This document shows, one piece after another, positions 39,690-52,855 of a DNA stretch of 64,000 bases; within the stretch, counting starts at the first letter, position 1, and each line of letters opens with the position of its first letter. The translations under genes and the position numbers were made by a program. The DNA comes from Iphione sp. A-MEVVRFRX5 (Eukaryota). Below the pieces are notes generated by a model, which saw only the letters and a list, made by a program, of their open reading frames with translations, was not told the DNA's origin and made no database searches. The DNA lies in NCBI GenBank assembly GCA_976226885.1, contig OZ320316.1:64418001-64482000 (forward strand), read 5' to 3'.

Positions 39690-41090
39690 ATCTGAATGAG
39701 GCACAATTAAAACCTGCGCAACTTCCCGGAGATCTCTCGTGAATTGGAATGTGCAATGCTTGCCAGTGTTCACGGTCTTTATTGATATATTCCATTATTA
39801 TGACTAACGGCATGCCTAATGTCGGTCTTGCCGCTTCGACTAGGTCTTTTATTTTACTACCTGTATGGACCCAATCCACACGCTAAGCTTTGTTTGGACA
39901 GAAGCAGGAAGGAACAGTGCATGGGGCTCTTTTTGTCTGTTTTCCGACTAATTCATACTAACCATTCGTTCGCTAACCACGTGTTCTCATTTATCTAAAA
40001 GGATCGGGTATGCAAAATAACTAAAGCTTCTCAAAGAGCACAATGGTAAGTGCGGGGGTCATATTCATCTTTTCAATTGATTAGATTCTAGGCGGGGTCT
40101 TTCCCTGTTATAACATTTTCTTTGCCGTGTGAAAAGAAGATAACACTATTGTTGTGACCTTCGCCTAGTCTCCAAAAGTTCTACATATGGGCAATGTCGT
40201 GCAATGTGTAAGCATAACTCAGACGATTTCACTTCATACTGACATATCCGGATTTTCTTCCATTTTCTACAGATCCTTTCGGAATTCCATTCTATGAAGC
40301 GTGGCGTAATATATCACCACTTTTTTTGTTGCCGTGCTAAGATGCCATCTTGCTCCAGGATGTCCGTTGATTTAGCTTCCACCAACTTCATGCTGCTTAC
40401 TATTATTTCTTTTTCTGACACGTTCCAACTAAGGCCGTTCGTCTCCTGTAGAAAATACCGCAGTGGACACCAACGATTTAACGCCAACGCTTTTATTAGG
40501 GGATTAAAGGAGGATTAGCTTGGAATTCATATGCAATCAGATTTAGCAGTTGGGATTATACAGCCAACGATGAGCTCGGTAGTTTGTGTGCTTACACGCC
40601 TTCTTTGTTCATTTACGGGGGAGGCTCTATTATTTGGAACCAGTAATTGAATTTCTGACAGGAGCGTAGTCTGCATTAATGACATCCACACCATTCTGAG
40701 TGATCATGATTATAACTCACAAGTAATGTGCGGGATAATCGTACCACAAATACATTTAGGGGGGTTATCTAGTTACCGGCGGTTTTTCGTTCGTGCTCAT
40801 TATGGAAGAGAATACAACTGTGGAGCAAATGACTATGTTATAAGTGAACATACTGCTCCAACCCATGACATCCATTCAGTAAGATATGTTCTTACATAAT
40901 GAGTAAGCCGCATGAAAAAAGATCAGGGACGCCACCTTGCTATACGCATTCGTGCCATTGAGAGCGTATCATCTGCCGTGGTTGCTATGGGGCCTTGTTA
41001 TGAGTATAGCCTCTGCAAAAGTTTAGTCGATGTTAAACAGGACAATGATACTCTGAGGCCCTGGCAGGAACATGCGATATACTATAATAT
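39690..41090 (-). mobile_element. RTE-clade LINE 3' remnant
   Basis: VLFNID...ADDTLSMA; WNSERICRKWKKIRI...VKS (like IWxSxxIxRxxKxRIxxxxVxS); DWVHTG...ARPT...KDREHWQAL (the RTE terminal DRxxW motif). Confidence 0.6.
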
Positions 41091-41869
41091 CTATTTAGCT
41101 CCACATTTGCGAACAGAGTGCCCTGCAAGTAATTTTGCGTTTTGACCAAGGACTTAGTTACCAAAAATAGTATATCTAGTAGAAACTTGATGTGTCCCAT
41201 CAAAAGGTGTGCAGTTCTGATAGTTTGGCGATCAAATGAATGGGTCTTGAATTGAATTGATATTTACTCCACTTCTCATGTAAACTTACAAAGTTCTTCC
41301 AGGGAAATGTGTAATGAAATGGGTGTAACTGATTAATTAGACAAGTGTGACAGAGAGTATAGAAGGTATATGAAAGTTAAAGGGTTTACAAAAATTATGA
41401 TCGCTTACATTAGACAATCATTATGCTAAACAATACCTTCACGGCCAAGGAACGGTAAGTCAGCTGGTTACCTGTGGCTGATTAAAGACAACTTATACAT
41501 TGAAGTCACTGTGTAATACATAGATAGGAATGCTTCATGGGGTTTACATACATTATGTTATACATCTACTTCCTGAATAAGGTCTCTTGGATAAGCCTCT
41601 GTCCACAATATTACGACAGGTAATGAAATAATACTTGATGATTTCAATATTGATATTGTTACAGCCAGACCTTAACATACTGGAGGCAACTCCTAAGTAA
41701 AGTTTAGTTGTTTATTCCTGAGAGGTAAGAACACAACTGAGGATAACTCCACATGCACTTGCTTTTATACATACAGTCATAACGTGTGGAGCTAACATGA
41801 GGAGTAAACTTACATGCTCAGCGTGCTGAGTAACTTGGTGCTGAGTATATTACTGCTCCATACAACAAT

Positions 41870-44385
41870 AGGAATAAGGGAAAACTTGCAAATTTAGATA
41901 CATAAACAATTTTCTATGTAATAACAACTTGAAGTATCAGACAACAAAAGCTAATCAAATAACAAGACCATCTTCGACTACAATTGACTTGACATTGACA
42001 AATATCCCTGACACACTCTCATCATACGGAAGAAAATTAAATAATTTCAGTGAACATTTTTGATGTATCTTAATGTCAAGAATGGTGAAAAGCCAAGATA
42101 TTCCAAAAATCTATAACTATTGAAAACCGATCTTTCCGACAAGTAAACACTCATGTACTCATAGACAGTATCAGACTAGCTTCAAACTAAAATTACTATA
42201 GATTATCCCGAAAAATACTTTAAGGCCTTTACAGAAGTTATCAGACAGAAGTTCCTGTTAAACGTATATGTGTCACTTATGAGGGCAAACAGGTGATCCC
42301 CATGATTGGGAAGTGGTTAAGGGGCAAAGAAATACATATGCCAAAGCAATACTTAAGAAGAAAAGAAAATTTATCCAGAAGCAGATAAATAATCGAAAAC
42401 AAATCCTTGGGAGTCTTAAAATACCTTACGTAGCAAGAGAAAGCAAATAACAAAATTGATCAAATGAAAACCTTAGATGGTGTTGTAATCATACCCAATT
42501 GATTGCAAATCGATTGAATCACCATTTTATTTATATTGGTCTTAAATTATTGCAGAAATCTGACCACTCAAGGTTGTGTACCAACTACAAGAAAGGTACC
42601 CGATAGTGTATTTTCTTTCAAAGAAGTAGGTGCCCAATTTGTTACTAATATTAAATCAACGTTACATGCAAACAAATCTACCCAGATGGAAATGCTACCA
42701 ACGTTTCTTCTAAAAAAAAAGCGAGAATGTATTTGGAATCTATATAACGGACTTTGTTAATATGTATATTAAACAGTGCAGGATACCAGATAATTTTAAA
42801 CCTGCTATTGTCACCCAACTATTTAGAGATGAGGATAGATTATGAATGGATAACTATAGACCCATATCTGTGCTTAATGTGATGCATTAAATAAGTTTAA
42901 ACTCTATACAGTGGAAACCCTATTTTTGACCACATCGATTTGTGACCTTTCTTACTAATGCAACCACCTGAGGTGGAAACCACAGTCGTAGACATTAACT
43001 ATACCTAATTTGCGACCAAATTTGCCCATGTGACCATTTTAGCTTGGTTCAGACTGATGTTCGCAAACAGGAGTTGCATTGTAATTATTTAGAGAGGCAT
43101 CATATACTTTATCAATTGCAAGGTGGACTCGAACAAATCTTTATACTACAGACATTGTCTGCAATTGATAATGTGAAAAATTGGATTTCTAACAAAGAAA
43201 TTTGTTTGGCCTGTTTTCTAAACCCGAGAAAGGCTTTTGATACAGTGGGCCGTAATTTACGGTTAGCCAAGCTAAAACATTTCTCAAAAACAAGTATAGA
43301 TCTATTTTCTAAGTATCTACATGGGAGAACTCAAGCAACAAAAGTGAAACAATAAGGAAATGTGTACCACAAGGCTCCGTTCTTGGTCCAATCTTCTTTA
43401 CTATATATGTAAACAACTTATCTTTATGCTGTGATGATAAAATGTAGTGTATATACATGTTTGCTCACGATACAGTATTACTAACTCATGATGCTGATCC
43501 TACGACTGCCCTACAAATAATAATTGAGTCACTTAAAATAGTACTTCAATGGTTACACTACCATAGATTACAAATCAATGTGAATAAAGCACAATACATT
43601 ATATTTTCCAACAAGGAAAACAATGTAACAAACAAAGTGGCTAATGTACAGATATGAGACTACCCTATCAATAGAGTAAATGCTTACAAATATCGTGGTC
43701 TATCGTTAAATGAGAAATTCACCTTTAAGCAACATGTTGACAATATCCTAAAGAAAATGGCAGTGTTTGGTATGTGTTTAATGGGAATGTCTCAACTCCT
43801 TTCCTATGACCAACATTATATAAAACCATTCTAGCACCTCTTTGTGATTACAGGGACTTCATATGGGGAGCCTCTAGCAAAATGAATATCAATAATGTAT
43901 TGGTATTTCAAAGCAAATTACTCAAAAGACTAATAAGTATGGACATGAACACTCGAACAAAAGAACTTATAATCAATGTAATTTACTGAATATATACCAA
44001 AGAATATATGTCCAAACTTTATCAAGGGGTTGCAAATCCATGCGAATGTCTTTGCCAACATTTGACCCACAAAAATAAGTATAAAAGAATATTGAATTGA
44101 ACTTATGAAAAGATATTTACATCATGTTCACCACCTATGATTATAAGAAAGCATTACAAATAAAAATGACTTGTAACCTTGTTACCACAGCTTGGAACAG
44201 TGTAAGCAAATTCCTGATAGTGGTCTCACATATAATGAATTTAAAAAGGACATATCAAAATTTGTATTTGAGAATTGATAGATTATCACCATATTGTAAA
44301 TACATGTAATAAAAGGAGCATGTACACATGAAAAGCGAATATTATATTCGACTGTGTATATGTAGAACTTCATAAATAAATATAG
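41870..44385 (+). mobile_element. CR1/L2-group LINE ORF2 (end of APE, RT, 3' tail), decayed
   Basis: ITRPSSTTIDLTLTN...SEH; NYRPISVL; RKAFDTV; VPQGSVLGP; MFAHDT; YKYRGLSLNEKFTFKQHV; WNSVS; ATAAATAAAT tail at ~44368-44378. Confidence 0.9.
42909..43081. mobile_element. 173 bp Tc1/pogo (Tigger-like) MITE nested in the LINE
   Basis: TA|CAGTGGAAACCCTATT...AACAGGAGTTGCATTG|TA. Removing it plus one TA restores the LINE codons AAA CTC TAT AAT TAT TTA GAG (KLYNYLE). Confidence 0.85.
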
Positions 44386-44499
44386 TCACTGACTGAAATA
44401 TAGTTGAACATTATCAATATGAGGTAACTTAGTTTGTTATAGAGGACAGGTACACAGATGGTTTATCATGGAATAATATATATAATGATAAACTTATCT

Positions 44500-47400
44500 G
44501 GCTGGGGTAATCAACGATAGTTATTTTGAGCAACATCAGACAAGTTCGCAATCCACAGCATGTAGATACAAATAGTCAAATAATAGGAGAATGATGCAAT
44601 GACTCAGTGCCAATTGTCTAGTATGTACATGCAGTATTACATTACACATGAAATAGTTTGTCAAGTAGGTACACAAAAATTGAGGAAAGATGAGCAGGGA
44701 TGTACAAGTAAGCTTTACTGGAATAGCAGACAGGCGGGTGGACAAAGACAGAGAGGCAGTTTGGCTTGGGGACTGAAGTTTTTTCTAAGCTGAGTGGGAG
44801 TGTCATTGAGTGTTGTTTTTACACTCATAGGCAGCTTTTTCAACATCATTATTCTGTTTCACCATAAGCTTTCTTAAACAAAACCCTCTTAGGTCTAGAC
44901 AGATCCAATACCAGACCACAACTGAGTCTAGTCCCCCTAGTCAATTTTGAGGGACAATATCCCAGATGTTTATTCTGTGAATCAACAATACAGATTGTTG
45001 ACAGCCTCTGTTATAGAAGGAGATCAGTCCCAGAATTTGTTTCAAGGACACTGCTGATCTTAGAGTGTGTTTCGCACCTAGCATCACAATTTTTAGGAGA
45101 TTGTTGTATTCAATCTGAAAACGTTCCAAGTTTTTGGCTACCATGTACTAAAACCATAGGCTGTAGTCGAAAATTGGTGTTACAACGGATTCAAATAGCT
45201 GAGATCATACTGTGAAACGTAAGACATTAGTTACTTTTGTTGGGGCTAAACCCCACTGATGTGCTTTTCTATTGTCATACACAGTGGTCTCAATGACAAG
45301 GTGTCATCGATCCTATAGCCATGAAAGCTTATCTGGCTTTTTTTATGCCAACAAGTTGCAGATGTTTTAGTCTAGATTGAAAGTGCTTGAGCATCCAAAG
45401 GTCATAGATTTGTTGGGATTAATGAATAGATTATTCAAACTGCACTATTCATGCACATCCTCTTTGCAGCTTAACAAGCTGAAACCAGCATATTATATAG
45501 AAGGCATAGGGCGAGAGTATCCGGATAAATACCCTCCCATAGGGTGGGAGGCCTTGAAATTGCTATTTCAAGCCTGTGGGATCAAAGGTGTACAAATGAC
45601 TATGCGTCATTTACAGTTTTTGTCTTTTATACTGAAAAATCAGACCATTATAACTATTTGATATCGTTTTTTGTGATAATAGTAAAAAGTATTCTAGAAA
45701 TGCTTAAAAAGTCTACCCTGATCCATGATGTCTCCAGGCATCATTCGTCCTTTCCATGGTGATAATGCCTCCAGGCATCATTCATCCAACCTATGGTAAT
45801 GCCTTTGGCATCACTTGCCTTCATTGGGTTAGGCCTGAGAGACACTACATTAGCTGCGTTTCAGTAAATATTTACATCCTCTGCAGACATACACACTTTG
45901 ATGATAACAAGACTTGTTAAGCTATCTATTACTACTGAAAAGAGGAGGGGGCCCATTAGGTTCCCCTGTGGAACACCGTGACCCATATGCTGGAGTGATG
46001 AATAGGTATTATTGTAGAACACACATTGTTGTCTGCCAGCTAAGTATAACTTAACTCATTGATTGTTACTTCACCCATTCCATATTGGTGCAGTCTTTCC
46101 AGTACAATTTACATGGAAAGCTTCACCCATATCTAGAACAACTGCACCAAAATGCCTGTTGTCATTGAGGGCTTCATGACCTCCTTTAGGATGACAGCCA
46201 CAGCCGTATTGGTGTCCCTGCTTTTTCTGAAGCCATGCTGTTCATCTTCCAATATACCCTGTGACTCTAAGAATTTGCTCAATTGATTACGAATAAACTT
46301 TTCCATGATTTTACTAATTCAGGGTACAATGGTAATTGGCCTGTCATTCTCATTTTGGTGTGAAGGGGGCTTATTTAGGAGCGGTGTGACTCTGGACTGT
46401 ATTTCATTTTGATGGGCAATGATCCTCTTGTAATGAAAAGTTCACAATATCACAACAATATGTAGGGTAAGACATTATTATATCCTTTAAGACTCACATA
46501 GAGACATTCGAGATACCGAATCATTTACACACATCCAGTTTCCTGACAATCTTGAGTAAGTCATCTGTACTTAGCAGAGCTAGGTCCCAACCATAACTGA
46601 TCACCTCACCAGTGTTTACAACAGTAGTAGGTTTCATATTTACTGCTAGCTCAGCCGCTTTCCCGGTGAACCAGTCATTGAAGACTGCTGGAGGCTTACA
46701 CTCCTCAAGCCATGTCATGCCATCCGTCACCTGACCCTAGGTAGCTGTTGCTACTTGCGCAATACAGTTCTGTTAATTACACTCCAGAAGTCCTTAGGGT
46801 TTTATATGAGTCAAATTGCAGCTGAACGTCTTGTTTGCTTTCCGTACACAATTGGTAACCATTATTTATAGAACTGTCCCATGTGAAATGAGTCAATGTC
46901 TTGTTGGTTCCTGTGGATTGACAGGAAATAATCACAGTGTTTAATAGTGTCCCTTATTTCTGGATTCACCCATCGATTTTTCTACTACCTCTTCCCCACT
47001 TGATAGGACAATATCGGTTTGAGACCTCTTGTAGTAATGGCTCTAGCTTTTCCTATAGTCAACATTCTTCACACCTGGTACTGGTAGTTCACTTAGTATA
47101 GGCAATAGATAATCTGATCGCGGCTAGCAATTGTAATTGGCGTATGAGCAAACATTGATTGTTCTCTTAGACATTTATTGTCTTATCTTTTTGTTTACAA
47201 TGTACGTTGGTCCATGATAAATTGGAATACATGTCAACGTCTCTGATTCATTAATATATTGCATATTGGATAAAAACAGGCCAATGTATGATTTGGATAA
47301 TTTGTGGACAATCCTGGTATGGTATTGAACTGTGACATGCCATATTTTTTCATGCAATTTTCAATCTTACATTTACTGGGTTGGTGTCATTCCAGCTCAC

Positions 47401-50130
47401 ATAGACGTCAGCTCCTACAATAATGTCATAATGAGGTAATGCATCAAATCACTTCTGCAAATAAGTGCATAAGGCATCGGGATTTACAGATCGAATAAAG
47501 TACATGGTACAAAGATAAAATGATTTTCGATTCGGACACTGTATGTTAAGCCAAAGCACTCTCAATGCTGTCGACATCTGATAGCAGGTCAGACAGTTCC
47601 TTAACATATGTACACTTATCAATGTAATCAGCAACTCCACCGCTTTTTTGCTCCGGGCATATTGATCCATCACAACGGTATACATTTATATTTGGAAGTA
47701 CACTCCTCGAATCGCAGAATAGGAACTATCTACCTCTCATATTAGTAGAACGGGAACAAGACTGTTAGTAGGAACACTCTCATGAGGGAGGTCAAAATAT
47801 ACCACATATGCTATGTACAGTACACAGTCCAATCTTTTGCGGTTCGAGGTAGCCACATGGGATCAACCTGTCCGGTTTAAAATTCTGTAGCAATTCAGTA
47901 AATGCAAATGGTGAAGTAAGTACATGCAAAAGACAGTTATTCCGATAGAGGCGGAAAATCCAGGTGACCTCACGTACCTGTTGTAGTACTTGAACATACA
48001 TGTAGTATGTTTCTGCCTGGCCACGTTCTGTTCAGTTCAGGCTTAGCATGCAGACCACGGCCTGTACTGAAGTATTTATCCCTACCGTCGTCGACTGATG
48101 TGCCTTGTTTCAGTAGACAGGGGCCTTGTGAAATTCTCTGTCTGATTGGCTTTACAGGCCACAATGTGAAGCATGGCTTATCGCCTACCTTTGGTTCATT
48201 GTGAACCCTAGCCTCCTGGCCTCATTCACTGTTTCCGCAGCAGTAATTTCCCCGGCGAGTTGTCTGTTGTTGTGGGCTTGTGCAAGAGTCACTTGAAAGG
48301 CGTGCTCAATTGTTGGGTCATTAACACCTTGATAGGAAAATTCCTCATGGTGAATCGAGAAGAGCGGGCGTGGGAACCCAAAGAAACCGTAAACCTCTTC
48401 TGATAAGGATGAGTGAGAAGGCACAATACCTGCACCTCTAACTGGCTGTCCAGAGTTTCCTCACTATTGAAGTGTGTGTGTGTGGGGGGGGGGGCGCTGT
48501 AGGGACACAACCATGGGATGTACTTGATAACCTCAGCCTTTAGTACCACCGACTCAGGTCCCAGGGTGTGCACAGTACTTGGTCCACGGTGGTGCCATAC
48601 TTAGGGTGCATGGCTTATCCAGAGTAAGGTGCAGTTGTACTCCGCTGGGTGCATGTGTACGGAGGGTGTCTGTGGCACCACAGGTGAACCTTGATTTTGT
48701 TTAAGGTACCTTATAACCATTCCACTTGATGATTATTGGGCCAGTGGGGCATAGCTGTGGTACAACCGGTGGCCTGAGGCCTAGATTGCTACAGGGGCTT
48801 GGTTTCGATTGGTGGAAGTAATCTGAGACTGCCTGGAGTTTATTACATTGTAACAGAGGAAGTGTTAATGGCCGATTGGTTACACCTGCATGGATCATGT
48901 GATTTTTGTTCTACTACAAATACAGGCTCCTTGTGGGGAATAAAGGCAGTTTTGAACTGGGACTCGAAGTTGTCAGTTCTTTAATGAACCCTAGTAAGTA
49001 CATTTGTAATTCACTATATTCAACGGCATTCAACCTCATCAGGGTTAATCCTCGAACAGCAACTTGCCAATAGTGTGGAATAACCTATGCATGATTTTTG
49101 CCTTTGGTGGGACATCCTCGTGAATCAGCAACTCCTCATGCCCATCCGCGCAAGCCAACTTCAAGAGATCCTTTAGATCGATCTGTCATATGTAAAGACA
49201 TCAGTGACTTCGATGATAACTGGCCTCAGTCGTCGTCTTGAGCTGTTCTGCCTATACCCAGTCTGTGAGCACTTAGGATGTCGTACTCTGTCAGCTCTGG
49301 TAGCACTCTACTGCAGGTGTCCCTAACGTCTCAGACTCTGTTTTCACTAGGTTTCTCTGGAATACCCACAATGATCATGTTACTCCTGCGGCTACCAATG
49401 TCAGCCTCCAGCAGACATTGCTGTGCCTGTTTGACCGATGTTTCAGTGTCATTCACTGTTCTCTCAACCTCCTGCAGCCTCTCTTCCTCAGTGTCCACTT
49501 TCTCCTGAATCTTCTCAGATTTTCAAAAAACAAGTGTATTTCTAGCCTGAAACCGCGATGTCAAGGCTTCGATCTTATCGGTAAGTGCACGGTTTCTGTC
49601 TGACAGTTCCTCGGACACGATCCTCCAGACGCTTCGTCACGTTCTCCAGTGTGATAGCTATTTCAATCACCTTTTTTTCTCTAGAATGTCCTGGTTTCTC
49701 ACCATGACCTGCAGAGAACGAGGTACATGAGGAGCCTTCAGTCGAGGTAGAATCTTCATGCTGAGGTTTTATATGTAGTTGTATAGGCATGTGAGTTGTT
49801 CCCGCACTACAGTTGGGACTGATTACCAACGCTACGGAGTTACCATTCCTCAATGGTAGCTGTACTCTAGTCTTATCCGAAGCCATCTGGGCTCCTAATT
49901 GCAGTAAATTCCTTCTTATGTTCAGGAATTTACACTGGTAGTAGTTCAGAAATGGAGATTGCCTATATTTCAAATGTAGGTGGACTGGTAAGTGAAAATA
50001 ACTGGCCTCCTCCGATGGAGCGGTTGCTAAACACGTCTTGCATACTCGCCGTCCGTAAATTTGCTTGATTGTAGTTTGGGGGGCATCTTGTTACCCTCCT
50101 CTGGTAATTAACAATTGCCTGAACAATTAT
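44500..50130 (-). mobile_element. Near full-length CR1/L2-group LINE (ORF1 and ORF2), decayed, with an insertion at ~45400-45830
   Basis: ORF1: SRRSNMIIVGIPE, ILSAHRLG, RPVIIEV, IHEDVPP (49100-49400). ORF2: KSGGVADYI, LWLNIQCPNRK, WVNPEIRDTI, GAVVLD, GVPQGNLMGPLLF, VTPIFDY, NKLPMSVK. Confidence 0.88.
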
Positions 50131-50685
50131 CCAAATAAGTAACTGGATTACCATCTACTTTGTCATATTGGAGTGACATACGGGTTCTCCAACTTGAGGA
50201 AAGGCATAGCTGCTCAGATTAAGGGGTGTTGGTACGTTGTGTGTCTGTTGGAGGCCGGGTAAGCAAGTTACTGTCTGACAAATAATCAGCCATTAACGTC
50301 CCTTTTCGAGAAGGGAGGGAGGCGAGGCCTCTTTGGTGCAGTCAGTCACAGGAAAACACGTCAACTATGAGCCTGTCAATGAGTCTTTGCACTTTTATCT
50401 TCCACTCAGCCAACGGAAACTGACCAATGAACGCACAGGAAACAGGAGGTCCCTGGTCACGTGACATGCATGAGGGTGTCAGAGCAGCGTCCTGGTGGCC
50501 TATGGGTGGCGAATGGCCAACGTATGCATGGCACCTACCATAAAAGCAAAAAATACACGATGTATTTCCTGACTAATCACCCAGCTTTACCTTCAGTGAT
50601 GCCTCGTTTTTAGTCATTTTAGGTTCATGTGTTGCAAGATTCGGTATGCTGGTGCATTTTATATTTGATGTGGTATCAGTATCAT

Positions 50686-50687
50686 AT

Positions 50688-50719
<32 letters not shown>

Positions 50720-50754
50720 TCATCAACCATCATTATCATCAACCATCATTATCA
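50686..50754. repeat. (CAC)n/(CAT)n microsatellite
   Basis: caccaccaccacc atcatcatc... with interrupted AACCATCATTATCATC units. Confidence 0.95.
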
Positions 50755-51281
50755 CTAATAGTCATGTTTTGGTGATTCGGTAACAAGATTCACAGAAAGG
50801 CTTTAGACTTAACTTCCAGCACTTGTGTCCTGCCCTACATCCGAGATTATGTTTTACCATAAACGCTGAGCTGTTTGTATTTTCGCAGCGACATTTCCTC
50901 TTTCCTCTAAATAGAGCAACACAACATATAAAACATTTAAAGAACTCGAACGTGAGGGGCTGTAAATGTGCGTGGTAGTGTCATATTGAAGAGACAAGTA
51001 AGCTTGTTCTGTTAGTCTTGCGGCTAAGCCAGTTACATTAGCCTGGACGATAACCATCGACATAAATATTGCTCATGCATGTACAGGAGGCTACGCTGGA
51101 AGAGGCTCCTGCAAGGAAATTGGCGAAAGCAGCATAGCCGGCTCGACGTGGAGATGAATCGCTGAATCTCTCGGGAGGCGGAGCGAGTTTACAATAGAGA
51201 CACTGCTTATTTACCTTTCGCGTCGCGAGGATCCCCGTTACTTGGCGAGATTCACTCAGCGGCGGGGACAAACCTCGAGAG

Positions 51282-51298
51282 TGCACCAGAGGGCGCCA
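51282..51298 (+). promoter_or_regulatory. CTCF-like motif within a CpG island
   Basis: TGCACCAGAGGGCGCCA is close to the CTCF core CCRSYAGRKGGCRS. Confidence 0.45.
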
Positions 51299-52521
51299 CG
51301 GGCGATGATTATCGGGGAAGGCGGCGAGGAGGGGCGGGATGAGCTTCACGCCTCGGGTGATCCCGAAGGGAATGCCCGACCGCCTCTCGGCACTAGCCGC
51401 CTGCCTAGGCCCGCCTACGTCCATCTCCGCCCTATGTGGGCCTAAGTGTTCCGCTGGGCGAGGGGAGACGGGAAGGGCACCACGCACAAACATATCATCC
51501 CATGTCGGGGTGATCTGATAGCGCCGGGTGCCTACGGAATCACCACTGGCTTCATCTTGTAAGGCCCCGTCGCGTCCCCGCCTGGACCAATCGACGTAGT
51601 CCGATAACGACTGCCATTCATTGTGCAACTTAGCCAACTTCTTAACAGACCTATCTCCAAGGCATGGTTTCCTGGGATCCTCTTCCTCTTTCTCTCTCTT
51701 ATCTTATTTTTCAACTGAGGTTATTTTTCCGAGTGGCACTCCTCGGTGTTCTATTATTCAGTGAGGTGGGTGCCGCTGTACATTCATAACCTGTCATTCC
51801 CAGTAACAGATCAATGTTTCTTTCAATGTGTATAGACCATTATTTTATTCCGTATTGTTTGCCTGATGTCTTTATCTGGTTCTCGCGAAATGAATGCACA
51901 CACCAAAAACATTGCCACAGACTCTTTACCATTATGCCATCACGAGATGATTATTTGTCTGCTCCAACCTTCTAAGACTTTCTTTTACAGCCTTGTGATC
52001 AACAGGCACTGTAGAAAAGTCGTAAATACCCTTTTCTATAATAAGCTATCAGCTATCAACCCTTATTTTTGTGACCTTACTCTGAACTCATCATATATGA
52101 TCCTGTTTGGTGTGCTACTTTCAGTATCCTTCCGTCAAAGGGGAAGAGACATAACCTTGTTGTACTACACAGGTGTACATAAAATAACACTACAAAGCAC
52201 ACCGTGCACAACGTGCTATTGCAGAGAGCTTTTTTGGTCTGCAAAAAAGCGAATAATAAACACTCATGTATCATGAGTCATATTTCGACGTTATGACAAT
52301 ACCTTGTGTAAACAAACGTCCATTTGCCTTACGGTGTGCATTGCAAAATGTATGTGACAACGGCCTACACAATGGCACACGGCAATTACTTCAACAGATG
52401 AAAATAAGTCTGGATGATTTCGCGCACGTAAAATGCGTCGCTGAGTAGTGAGGCTGTGCACAATTCCACGTTCACCACCTCCCCACTCAATACACGTGTT
52501 CAGATATGGAGAGGCAAGTTA

Positions 52522-52855
52522 GGCCCAGTTTCTATGTGTTCAGTTATATTCTCCAGATTCTGGACTCCATGGAGCAGAAAAACGGCTCTTATGGCTGTCA
52601 GCAGGGTTGTTTCCTTATCATTCGCTGTCAACAGGGTTGTTTCATTATGTCCCTCTCTGGGCTTTGGGCCCGGGCTCCAGAGATGTCCATAGACCGAAAA
52701 TAAGAAAATAAACAATGTCCGTAAATTTCTCCAGACTCCGGAGACCTACATAGACCAGTAGTCTACGGCAGATACAGCAGAAGAGACTGTTCCGGACCCA
52801 TTCGGGACCTCATCTGGACCCATTCTGGACACAGACACATGGAAACTTGGGGTCC
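52522..52855. mobile_element. MITE-like inverted-repeat element with an internal 30-bp tandem pair
   Basis: Left GGCCCAGTTTCTATGTGT; right reverse complement GGACCCCAAGTTTCCATGTGT. The left end shares GGCCCAGTTTCT with the MITE at 1702. Tandem GCTGTCA(G/A)CAGGGTTGTTTC at ~52594-52650. The TSD is not conserved. Confidence 0.5.

Noticed and set aside
45728-45815. CRISPR-like look (palindromic repeats with ~20-nt gaps)
   Set aside because: Only three units, the 'spacers' resemble each other, the context is eukaryotic, and there are no cas genes. It is a decayed tandem repeat.
51038-51637. 199-aa minus-strand ORF
   Set aside because: It lies in a CpG island where stops are rare. It is low-complexity Arg/Pro/Gly/Ala-rich, starts at a non-ATG codon and has no recognisable motif.
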